A stretch of 64,000 nt of DNA from the IMG/VR virus record IMGVR_UViG_3300046777_000988, positions 3,869 to 67,868 of that record. One strand, 5' to 3'. This stretch comes from a virus. The translations under genes and the position numbers were made by a program. Below, piece by piece: positions 9,129-21,700 of the stretch. Every line of letters begins with the position of its first letter. The stretch's first letter is position 1. The notes below the pieces were generated by a model. That model ran no database searches and had not been told where the DNA came from. It worked only from the letters and a program-made list of their open reading frames with translations.

Positions 9129-9397
9129 TGTATCAAGCTAATCCAGTAAGCCAAGTATCTAGCAACCCTATTATTGGAGTTAAGATGCAGAAACTCCAAG
9201 CAGGTGATCATTTTCCGATTGCAAACACTGATGATAATCTTGGAATGATTTCTAAATATACAAAAATACCAACAGATGGAAATTATATTGTTGTAGTAAG
9301 AGGTGGAGTTCTTGGCTTTGTTAAAGCGAATCCAGGTCCACTTCAGCTTTTCAATAACGATCTTGGCTGGACATCAACTCAGGATTGCGAAGAATAA
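9125..9397 (+). CDS. hypothetical protein
   Basis: Start overlaps the upstream stop. Confidence 0.65.
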   Translation: MMYQANPVSQVSSNPIIGVKMQKLQAGDHFPIANTDDNLGMISKYTKIPTDGNYIVVVRGGVLGFVKANPGPLQLFNNDLGWTSTQDCEE

Positions 9398-9436
9398 TCT
9401 TGATTAAAATAACACAAACTATAAATATAAAACATT

Positions 9437-9862
9437 ATGGCTGCATATAAAAAAGGAACAATGTCAAAACCGATAGGATCAACTGGCCTAACTAGAGGGT
9501 CCAGTATTAAAATCGGAGAACCAATTAGTTCCGCCGCATCACAGCTTCCAGCAATAGGGCAATCATATAATAAGATGATTGGAGGCGGCGGCGCAGGAGG
9601 AAGCATGTATAGCGGAGGCGGCTCTGGAGGCGGATTGCCAAGTATGATGGAGCTAGAGGCTTCATCAATGCGATTAGCTGATGCTGCATCAAGAAGAAAT
9701 ATAGCTGAAAAAGAAGCAGAAGCTGATATTGCCGCAAGGCAAGAGGGGTTCAGGTCATTTGATGAAAAACAAAGATATGCAAAAAGAGCTAGAGGCTTTC
9801 AATCGGACTTTATGAACAAAATGAAAAACAGGCCCGGCAAAGTTGTGCAATCCAGTGATTAA
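9437..9862 (+). CDS. hypothetical Gly-rich/coiled protein (possible internal virion protein)
   Basis: 141-aa ORF abutting the next gene. Confidence 0.6.
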   Translation: MAAYKKGTMSKPIGSTGLTRGSSIKIGEPISSAASQLPAIGQSYNKMIGGGGAGGSMYSGGGSGGGLPSMMELEASSMRLADAASRRNIAEKEAEADIAARQEGFRSFDEKQRYAKRARGFQSDFMNKMKNRPGKVVQSSD

Positions 9863-10825
9863 ATGAGACTCACACTAGGAGAAGCGCGGCAACAACTCTA
9901 TTCCGCAATCGTTCCTTCGATTGACAATCAATCGAATATAGATCGTTTTAACTCGTATCTGAATTTGTCGCAAGAAAGATTGATCAATAGCGGCAAATGG
10001 ACTGGGACTATTCTGCCAGTTAGGTTCTATTCTCCTAGCGGGATGATTACGCTGCCTAGAAGGTTCTCGTCTGCATTGGCTGCTAAGTGGAATAAAGACT
10101 CCGCATCCGGTCCAATTAAAATTAGAAACGGCTGGTTCACATATCTCACACCAATTTCTGATTTGTGGACTGCCTCGTATTGGCCTAGATACGGCTACAA
10201 CGAAACATTCTTTGACGACCTAGGGGATGGATTCGCTACATTCGCTAACCCAACATTTCCCACATTCACGCTAAAGATTGAAATCGAGAATGCAAGCGAT
10301 GCGTTTAACGAAGTCGTTATTAAGGGGAAGGATGAGAACAACAATGATATTACCCTAACCGTTACGCTTGTTGATCCAGATATAACTCCAACCCAACAAT
10401 TCTCTAGGGTGGAATTCTTTCAAAAGCCTATCACTAACGGAGGCATCAACCTTTACGCTGTTAGCGGAACAAGCGAAGAGAAGATCGGCACATACGAGGC
10501 TACGGAAACAACAGCAAGCTATCACCGCTACGCAGTTCCTAACGAGCCATCTATTGATAACTTGGATGTTCTTTGCAAGGTGAGATTCGTTCCTTGCGTG
10601 TATGATACCGATGAGGTTATTGTTACAAACCTTGGAGCATTGAAGAATATGCTTATGTCTCTGAAATGGGAAGATGAGGGAGACATGGAGCGTTCTGAAA
10701 TGTATTTTATGAAAGCATTGCAACTCCTGAACGGAGAAAGCCGAGAGGTTCGCGGAGGATCGCAATGGAAACTAAACATTGATAGATCGGCTATGCAGTT
10801 TGAAAACCTTTGGCAAGGGAGATAA
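9863..10825 (+). CDS. putative head-tail adaptor/tail tubular protein
   Basis: Helical N-terminus (YLNLSQERLI), beta insertion and helical C-terminus, as in podovirus adaptors; position supports this. Confidence 0.5.
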   Translation: MRLTLGEARQQLYSAIVPSIDNQSNIDRFNSYLNLSQERLINSGKWTGTILPVRFYSPSGMITLPRRFSSALAAKWNKDSASGPIKIRNGWFTYLTPISDLWTASYWPRYGYNETFFDDLGDGFATFANPTFPTFTLKIEIENASDAFNEVVIKGKDENNNDITLTVTLVDPDITPTQQFSRVEFFQKPITNGGINLYAVSGTSEEKIGTYEATETTASYHRYAVPNEPSIDNLDVLCKVRFVPCVYDTDEVIVTNLGALKNMLMSLKWEDEGDMERSEMYFMKALQLLNGESREVRGGSQWKLNIDRSAMQFENLWQGR

Positions 10826-10828
10826 ATT

Positions 10829-12757
<1,929 letters not shown>

Positions 12758-12760
12758 GAT

Positions 12761-13639
12761 ATGGGATTTACTTCAAGAAAGCTATTCTTGGGATCAGGAA
12801 CCCAACTTCCAAGTATATCTTGGACTCAATCAACAATGCCATCTACTCAGAATTGGAGGGATTCTGCCTATGGCGTCGGAAGATATGTTGCTATTTCTCT
12901 TCTCTCAAATGTATTTGCACATAGCAATGACGGAACAACTTGGACGCAATCAACAATGCCATCTACTCAGAATTGGCAATCAGTAACATACGGTAATTTA
13001 AGATTTATTGCTACTGCTAGCTCAAATGTATTTGCATATAGTAGTAACGGAACAACTTGGACTCAATCAACAATGCCATCTTCGCAGAATTGGTTTGATT
13101 CTGCCTATGGTAATGGCAGATATGTTGCTATTGCTAACAATTCAGATGTATTTGCACATAGCACAAACGGAACAACTTGGACGCAATCAACAATGCCATC
13201 TACTCAGAATTGGCAATCAGTAACATACGGTAATTTAAGATTTATTGCTAATGTTGATAATTCAGATGTATTTGCATATAGTAGTAACGGAACAACTTGG
13301 ACTCAATCAACAATGCCATCAAGTGGTTTTTGGAGTAATATAGCATACGGCAACGGAAAATATGTTACTCTTAAACAGGCATCAGATGTATTTGCATATA
13401 GCAATGACGGAATATCTTGGACTCAATCTACAGCGCCTTTTGTATTAGGAAGTCGTATTGTTTATGGTGGTGGAATATTTGTTTGCACTTCCACATCAAA
13501 TAAATTTACATATAGTGCCGATGGTATAAATTGGATTCAATCAGATATGCCATCTTCACAGAATTGGTCGTGTTTGGTATATGGAGATAAGTTTGTTTCA
13601 ATTGGATATAATTCAAATATTGCAGCATACACAACATAA
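12761..13639 (+). CDS. BNR/Asp-box-like beta-propeller repeat protein (receptor-binding candidate)
   Basis: About seven 39-40-aa repeats, S.DG.TWTQSTMPS..NW...YG...FIA. Confidence 0.8.
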   Translation: MGFTSRKLFLGSGTQLPSISWTQSTMPSTQNWRDSAYGVGRYVAISLLSNVFAHSNDGTTWTQSTMPSTQNWQSVTYGNLRFIATASSNVFAYSSNGTTWTQSTMPSSQNWFDSAYGNGRYVAIANNSDVFAHSTNGTTWTQSTMPSTQNWQSVTYGNLRFIANVDNSDVFAYSSNGTTWTQSTMPSSGFWSNIAYGNGKYVTLKQASDVFAYSNDGISWTQSTAPFVLGSRIVYGGGIFVCTSTSNKFTYSADGINWIQSDMPSSQNWSCLVYGDKFVSIGYNSNIAAYTT

Positions 13640-13686
13640 TCCTTTAATTCCCCATAAATACTGTTAAACAATAAACGACTAAAGAT

Positions 13687-14886
13687 ATGGCAACAATCCC
13701 TTCACGAAAGGCTACATTTACAGAGGAAGAGAAGCGCAAGCTCGTCGAAGGAACTGACGCGCAGGGTAGGCCATTGAGTGAAGCCGAGAAGATGAAGCTC
13801 TCCAAGATGCACACGGCTAGAACGATTGGTGCTGATTGGCGCGAGAGAGGAGCTGAAAGGATGAAGGCCGAAGAGCCTGCTAGAGCGCAGCAAGCGTTAG
13901 CAGAAAGAGCAGCTATTAACAGAAGCCTCGCTCCTAGAGACTACAAGCTGCCTACAAAGGCTGACGAGTTTCAAGATATTCCCGGAGGCGGAAAGGTTAA
14001 GATTGGCGCAGAAACGCTAAAGAGAATGCAGGGCTTTGAGAAAGAGCGAGCAGGACAAGAGCAAGCCCGTAAGGAAAAGATGCAAACAAGCATTGCGGCA
14101 GCGCAACAAAAGGCTGGCGCTGCGCTAAAACAGAGATATGAGGAAGAGTTGGCTTCTCGCGGATTTGCTCCACCCAAGACTAGGCAGGAGCAGGAAGCGA
14201 TTGATAGGGCGAGGATGGATGAGTTTAGAACTATTTCCGCTGCAAGACAAGCAGCGAAAGAGAGGTCTAGTAATGCTCAAAAAGAATACAGGCAATACAA
14301 TACATTAGCTAAACTTCGATTGGCTTCAGGAGATATAGCTGGCGCAGAGGAACTTCGCAAGTTAGCAGATGAGACTGGAGGTTTCATAAAAAGCTCAAGC
14401 GCAAGAAATAGATTTATCGAGAATCAAGAAATGGATAAAGCTAGAGCAGCGATTGGCGCTAAGGTTGAAGCTCGCAAGGCTAAAATGCAGGCACAAAACA
14501 TATCAAATCCAGAAGCGTCTTCGTTCACGCCAACATCATCAGCAGCCCCGTTGGCTATTGGTTCTGACATGCCATCATATCAGTTGCCATATCAAAGACC
14601 CGCTGGACCTATTGAGCAGGGATTTGGTATGACGACTCCAGCAATGGCAGATTATGGAGTAGATTTCTCAAGCATTAGTCCATACAATGTTGGAGGTTTT
14701 GCATTGCCGCAGATTGCGAAATCACCAGTAAGTCAAGAAGCGTTTTCAAAATTAACTGCAAAACAAAAAGACGAGCTTATATCGGAGCAAATTCGCAGGG
14801 GATTAGAATCAACTGGAAGAGGCATCTATAGAGGCGGCAAGGCTGCGTTAAAGGCAATTCTTGAAGGCGCAAGAGCTATAAGGTAA
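13687..14886 (+). CDS. putative internal virion/ejection protein
   Basis: Ala/Glu/Arg-rich helical protein preceding the giant gene. Confidence 0.55.
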   Translation: MATIPSRKATFTEEEKRKLVEGTDAQGRPLSEAEKMKLSKMHTARTIGADWRERGAERMKAEEPARAQQALAERAAINRSLAPRDYKLPTKADEFQDIPGGGKVKIGAETLKRMQGFEKERAGQEQARKEKMQTSIAAAQQKAGAALKQRYEEELASRGFAPPKTRQEQEAIDRARMDEFRTISAARQAAKERSSNAQKEYRQYNTLAKLRLASGDIAGAEELRKLADETGGFIKSSSARNRFIENQEMDKARAAIGAKVEARKAKMQAQNISNPEASSFTPTSSAAPLAIGSDMPSYQLPYQRPAGPIEQGFGMTTPAMADYGVDFSSISPYNVGGFALPQIAKSPVSQEAFSKLTAKQKDELISEQIRRGLESTGRGIYRGGKAALKAILEGARAIR

Positions 14887-14909
14887 ATTATTAGGAATTA
14901 CTAAATCAA

Positions 14910-15770
14910 ATGGCAAACAGAAGATACAACGCTCCACGATCAAGATACTCCAACGAGCGAGACATTGACGCTCCTGCTGGAAGGGTTGATTATTTTGAAA
15001 GAGCAATGATGGAGCAGGCTCCTAGAGCGAGATTTGATTATTCACAGCTAGAAGAAGACTATCCAGTTACAACGATAGCTGAAGACTTTATGATTAAAGA
15101 GAGGAAGCGTCAGGAGCAAAGAGGTCTTCAGGAGGAGATCAATTACAGAAAGTCGCTCATCGAAGACAGAGCTTCCCAGCTTGAGCTAAAGAAAGCCGCC
15201 AGAGACTTGGATATGTATGAGTCTCAGATTAACCGAGAAGACGCTATGCTTGAACAGATGCCAGTTGCTAGGCAGAAATTGGCCGAGCTAGATGTCCGTG
15301 ATCCAGACTTCATCAACAAGGCATACGATATTCAAGAGCAGCATCCATTGGCATTTGAGAGCGATCAGTTCCAGAAGTATATCTTCCAGCCAATGCTGAA
15401 CCGCAACTCGCGCCTGTCTAGTCGCCGCCAAGAAGGCATCGTGACTGATGCAGACTTAAAGGAAGCGATGGGAGAGATTTCAAAATACAACGAGCTTATC
15501 TCTGCTAGAGGTGAAGGCGCTGGTCCATCTCCAGAGGAAGAGCGTTACTTGGGTTTCAGACAGAACCAAATCGACCAGTTTTACGCACAGCGTGGAATGG
15601 AGAATCCAATGTCAGCAGCTGCGCCACAGCCAACAGGTATCGCAACACAACCTGCGCTAGCTCCATCTGCTCAACAATTTTCATTTTCCTCTATTGAAGA
15701 AGCTGAATCTGCGGGCTTGCCTGCCGGGACAATTGTGTATATAAATGGTCGAAAAGCAAGAATCGACTAA
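14910..15770 (+). CDS. putative internal virion/ejection protein
   Basis: Coiled-coil; C-terminal SIEEAESAGLPAGTIVYINGR motif. Confidence 0.55.
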   Translation: MANRRYNAPRSRYSNERDIDAPAGRVDYFERAMMEQAPRARFDYSQLEEDYPVTTIAEDFMIKERKRQEQRGLQEEINYRKSLIEDRASQLELKKAARDLDMYESQINREDAMLEQMPVARQKLAELDVRDPDFINKAYDIQEQHPLAFESDQFQKYIFQPMLNRNSRLSSRRQEGIVTDADLKEAMGEISKYNELISARGEGAGPSPEEERYLGFRQNQIDQFYAQRGMENPMSAAAPQPTGIATQPALAPSAQQFSFSSIEEAESAGLPAGTIVYINGRKARID

Positions 15771-18700
15771 TGCCAATTACATTCCTAGATGAAGAAGAGG
15801 ACATTACTCCTCTAGCGCCACCGACTAAAAGAAAGATTACTTTTCTTGACGAAGAAGAGACTGAGATTGCGCCAACAACTCCGCAGGTAGCGCAGCCAGC
15901 AGTTACTCAGCCCTCCCAATACAAGTATGACCCTGCTCGCTTTAGGCCGAAGGGATTGGTAGCGCCGAAAGCTGAACAAGAGATAGGAACGCTTGAAGGC
16001 ATCGCTAACGCAGCGAGGAACGCATTTGATTCATCTAGGCAGGCACTAGACATCGTTGGAGATGTCACTCCAGAGGAAGCGCAGAACATCGCAAAGATTG
16101 AGTTCGACAAACAATCTAGGAAGTTAGCTCCCGGCTACGACGAGTATCAAAAGGCAGAAGGATTCGACGCTGTATTAGCATTTGCCAAGAACCCAATCGA
16201 GGTAACATCGAATATCGTCGCAGAAGGCTTGGCTGGTAGCTTGCCTGCACTCGGCGCAGGATTGGCTGCTGGTGGCGTTGGAGCTGCTATTGGCGCACCT
16301 ACAGGCATTGGCGCACCGATTGGATTTACCGCTGGTCAAGTCGCAGGAACATTCGCTGGCTCGCTTGCTACAGAATACGGAAGCAAGATTCTAGAAGAAA
16401 TGCAGGAAGGTGGCGTTGACCTAACCAAGCCAGAAAGCATTCAAGGATTCTTTGAAAACGAAGAGGCAGTTGCCAAGGCTAGGGATAAAGCTATTAGTCG
16501 CGGTATTCCTGTTGCTGCATTTGACGCTATCTCCGCTGGTATCGGCGGCAAGCTAGGTCGAGTTATCGGCAAACAATTCCTTACCAAGACTGGCGAGGCT
16601 GCTGCTGAACTCGGAGTTCAAGCCGGACTCGGTGGTGGCGGTGAAGTTGCAGGCGCACTTGTTGCTGGCGAGCCAATCGAAGGTAAGGCAGTATTCGGCG
16701 AGATTATCGGCGAAGCCGGACCGGGCGCTGCCGAGATTATTACAGGCCGCATGGCAGACAGGGCCGCTAGAGTTAAAGCAGAAGAGGACGCGAAGATTAA
16801 AGCTGCCGCACAACTATCCGACAACCTTGAGCAGAATAGCGCACCGCTTACCGCTGCCGCAGTTAAATCAACAACCGCTACGACAATCGAGCAGGATAAA
16901 CTTGCGGCACAACTTGAAGAGCAACTAGACGCTGACGAGATCGCTTCACAGGTTAGCGGTCAACTTGCAGTAACGAAAGAACCTACTGCCGCACCTCCAG
17001 CGATTAAGTCTAAAGAAGAATTTACAGCTATCTACTCGCAGGTAGCACCAGAAGAACTAGACGCGGCAGAGGCAGGATTTACGAATACCCTAGCTACCGC
17101 CGCTACAGAAGAGGCCCGTGCTAACGCACAGAACGCCCTAGAAGCGATTAAAGAGGTTAAGGCTACCGTTACACCTCCTGCGCCTACAGTTGAGCCTACA
17201 ATCACCCCAGCAGTTACACCCGCAGTTCCGACTGCACAACCACCCACACCAGATGCCACTCAAGAAATCATCCAGCCAGAAGGCGTTCGTCAAGAACCTC
17301 AAGACAGAGTTGAAGGCGAAACGCCCGCTGAAACAATCGCTCGCAATCGCATATTCGGTGCAGCGCGAGGCCAAGAAGAAGGGCAAGTAGCCCCGACTCC
17401 ACAACCTATTATCTCGGAAATTCCTCCAACTTCCGAGTTAGTAGGTGCAGAACCAACGCAACCTACTATCAGAGAAGTTCCTGAGATTTCTCCAATCGTA
17501 GGTGCGGAGCCTGCCGCTATTGTTGAACAAGAGCCTGTTGCGCCAGCGGAGCCTGCTGTTGCACGACCAAGTATTATATCCGAAGCGTCAAGAATAACCA
17601 ACGAGCTAAAGCAAAGATGGGAACAAACTGCGCCAGAGGATAGGAGAGAAACATTTAATTGGACTAGCCGCGCCGAAGTAGAGCTTGAGAATTTAATTGG
17701 AAATCTTGCTGGAAATCAAAATGCAGCAGCGAGACAAAATCTTATCGAGGAAATTACCGGAACAAAACCAACTCGCCAAAACTCTGCAATCAAGAATGTA
17801 AGACAAGCTATTCGCGGATACCTACAAGCTAATCCTCTACAAGAAACTGCCGCTCCAACTACAGAGGCAGCAGCGCAGCCAGCACCAAAAGGTGTAACGC
17901 AAGTCGCTGGAGTTCCCCCGCTTGTTAAAGAACTAGCAACTGCTGTCAGAGAATCCGCCGCTCAACTTCGCGCAAGAATCTCCAATGTAAAGATGGGGCC
18001 GATTGAAGGCAATGTAGAGACATTCACATTTGATCTTGATGGACAGACATATCGCGGAGAACTCAAGGGGAGAAATAGGAATTTAGTTTTAGGAGCAAAC
18101 CCAACCGCTGATGCTGCGATTGCAACTCGCGTCTTGCTGGATAAAAATGCGACACCAATTACTCCTGTAACGACTCCTCCTGTAACAGAAGCCGTTACAC
18201 CCGCAGCAGAGGCTGCGCCTACTCCCGCAGGCATCTCCGTAGGCAACAGAGTTAAATCTGGCCGCGATCCTAAAGTATATGTCGTAGAGGAAGTGCTACC
18301 GCAAACAGAAGCAGAGCAGCGCGAAGGAGACTATTCTGTAATGCTTCGTGATGAGAAGAGCGGAACTATTGAAAAGTATCCATTCTCCGTTAGAGGACTT
18401 AAATCTCTCGGAGCTAAGAAGCCGCCACTTCCCAAGAAGCTCGCCCGTAGTGGTGCGACATCATACGATTTCTCTCCCCGCAACGCTCTCGCTGCCGATC
18501 AACAGATTTCTAAAGAGCAGATCATCGCAAATGTTCAGAAGGTTTTTGAGGGAGTTCCAGCAGAAAATATCGAAGTAACAAACGAACCATATCCAGATGG
18601 TGAATACGGATATGTAGCTGCATACAATCCTAATACAAACAAGATCGAGATCAACCAAGCATACTACACGCTGGATGACGATATTGACGCAAAAGTATCG

Positions 18701-21700
18701 CACGAACTCGGACACTATCTTTACCAAGACCCGCGCTGGAAGAAAGCATTTGCACGGCTATACAAGAAGCTAACTCCAACAAGTAAGAAGAAACTAGATG
18801 CTTTCTTGGAACAGGTCTATGCAGACTACGAATCAGGCGACTTTAATGAAGAGGCAGAGATTCGTGCATTCGACAGGTTCTTGAAGGAAGCTCCAGATAA
18901 CAGGAACTTATTCCAGAAGTTTATAGACGAGATTCTTGATTTCGTTACAGATGCTCTTTCAGTATTCAGCCCATACTTCAAAACATTGGCCCGTGATCCA
19001 CGCAGGATTGCAAGAAACATCGCGCTTATTTCCTCTGAAAGATTCAAGGCTGGCGAAGTAATCGAAGGCGTTGATACAACGATTGAGCCTGAAGAGTTGC
19101 GGCTAGCTAGAGCGGTAGAATCTCGCAAGGAGCAGGTCGGTGGAGCAGAGCGTGAAGAGACAAGATACATCACGACACCGAAAGGAATCTTGAGCATGAA
19201 CACCGATGTTCTGCGAGAGAAGTTTTTCGACGGAACCAGCGTATCTCCTGAGAAGACAACGCAGGCGTGGGGATATATTTCAAGACTTCTCGACATCAAG
19301 AGCGGCAACGCGAATGAGCTTGCTGGAGAGATTAACGATACTATTGACGCTGATCTTTTAGCAAAACGAGAGGCAGCAATAGCTGCTGGCGAGAAGGTTG
19401 ATCCAGAAGAAGATGTTAGCAAGCGAATTGGAGCAGCGATGTTTAGCGTTGAGTTGATGAACTACGCTGGCAGGCTGGCAGAGCAAGGCGATACACGGAT
19501 GCTCAAGTTTATGATCCGCAATGTTAATTCCATGCCTACCGATAAATACGCTGGAGACATCAGTGATGCAGCAAGAGCTTTGCGGACACGACTTGAATAC
19601 GATGTATCTGGATTCTCTGCATACACAACTGAGCAGAAAGCTAAAGTTGATCGCACTGCTGCCGTAATGTTTGGAACAAATAAACCAAGCAAAGAACAAT
19701 CTGACGCAGTAAAGGATGCTATTGATGAATCCGAGAAGACCGAACTTGGAAACGCTGGCGAGGTGGCTGGAGAGGTTGAGAAAGTAGAGAAAAGAACAAA
19801 GCGTAAAATTACCGATAAGATCGAGAAGGTTATCGGCAAAGGTTCTCTCAAAGGAATGATTCAAGCCGTTAAAGATACTCCGCTTGAGAAACAGCAAGAG
19901 CGTGGATGGATCGAGAAGGTTGTAAATGATTTTCTAATCAACGCTGGTCTTTCACCTGAAGCCGCATCTACTGCATCAAAACTTTACGAGAGCCTAATCG
20001 CAGAACGCTTCGCTGCTGCAAAGCAAAAGGCATTTGAAGACAATCTTAAAAAGGCAGCGCCTTGGAAAAACTACGCAGCTAGAAATAGCCGACTTGCAAA
20101 GGATGCACTAAATAAAGTTCAGGCCGCTATTAGAACCGGAGTTCTTGATCCAGAGAAAAACACTGAAAGCATTATTGCTGCTGAAAGCGGATGGAGCGGA
20201 TTCACCAAGGATCAATACCAGAGAATCGTCCAACTAGACAGCATCATCAACGATCCGAAGCAGGACGATGTGACGAGACGCGAGGCAATGGCTGATCTGA
20301 ATAAAGTCATATCGGATGCCAAGCTGCCAGTTAGATTCAAGGATGCTCTCGGAGCTTACTATGTAGGAAATGCACTGATGGGTATTCCCACATTGACGGT
20401 GAACATTGCTTCCCCGATTGGATTCACGGTTAGAAACCTAATGACCGATGTCAGCAAGTTTGCCTTTACTGATCCTGCTAGAATCCCAGTCGCATTTGAG
20501 ACTTTCATGGAGAGCATGAGGTCTTGGTATGACCAGACATCTTACGCATTCAAGAATCAAATCTACTTGAACGATGTCGTTGAATACCTGCAAGGACAGA
20601 ATGTATTGCGTGAGCTTTTCGATAAAGGCAAGAAGCAATGGTCTGAAGGCAAGTATGCAGAAGGATTTGTGAACATGGCAGTCGGCATGACGCAGATCAC
20701 CGGACGAGTTCTTTCATCGCTTGACCAAGGCGCAATCTCCATGCTGGAGAACCAGAACATTACACGCTATGCGCTGGAAGCTCTGGCTAATACTAAAGGC
20801 AAGGTTCCAAAGGATAAGCTCAAAGAGTTTGCGAACATGGTTATTGATACTCGCAGAAAGACTATCGCTGAGAATATCGCTAATGGAATGTCCCGTGATA
20901 GGGCTGGCGTTCTTGCTGACCTAGCAGTTAAGTCAGAGGTTATTTCTGCATTGGCTCAATACGATGTTAATCCAATGAATGTGCTGGACTCATCAATCAA
21001 CGATGCGTTGCAGTCTGTCGGAAGAAACAAGACGCTAACGATTAAAGGCATTGAGCAGTCTCAGAAGAACATTTCAGACGAAGGCTTCATGTCATATTGG
21101 CCGATTAAACTTCTTGAAATGGTTTCTGCTGGTGCAGGCAGAGAAGGATCGTCAATGCAGATTTTCGCTAAGATGCTTTACGGATTCGCGCTAGTTCCGG
21201 CTAGAGTGTTCCACAATGTTGCTTGGTTCTCTCCGTATGGCTTCATCCGACTTGGAGTTGATAAGTATAAGAAGAACAAAGGAGAAGATTCACCTTATGC
21301 CATGTCCTTGCAGACTGAAGCTCAATACAAGCAGAGGCTAACTGATGCAATCGCTGGCTCTGTTGCAATGCTTGGACTAGCTGCACTTAGCTCTGCATCA
21401 ACTGATGAAGATGAAGACAAGAAGTTCAAGATCGTTATTACTGGTAATGGTCCTAGTGCAACTACTGACAAGCAATACTTCGATTCTTGGATGAAGAAGT
21501 GGAAGCCATACAGCGTCCACATTGTCGTTAATGGAAACATTATCCCGATTAACATTGGTCGAGGTGGTGAAGCGTTGTTCTTCCCAATCATGCTCGCTGG
21601 AGCGTTGGATGACTGGAAGATTAAGCAGAAGCAGAATCTCACCAAGAAAGAGCCAGAAGACTTGAGCGCGATTGCTCAGATGCTTGGTTCTTCGTTCTTC

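Noticed and set aside
12761-13639. DGR template/variable repeats or CRISPR array
   Set aside because: The repeats are in-frame protein blades; there is no reverse transcriptase, adenine-specific variation or repeat-spacer pattern.
17721-17801. Second nested ORF in the giant gene (MQQRDKILSRK...)
   Set aside because: Only 26 aa with no recognisable family pattern; expected by chance.
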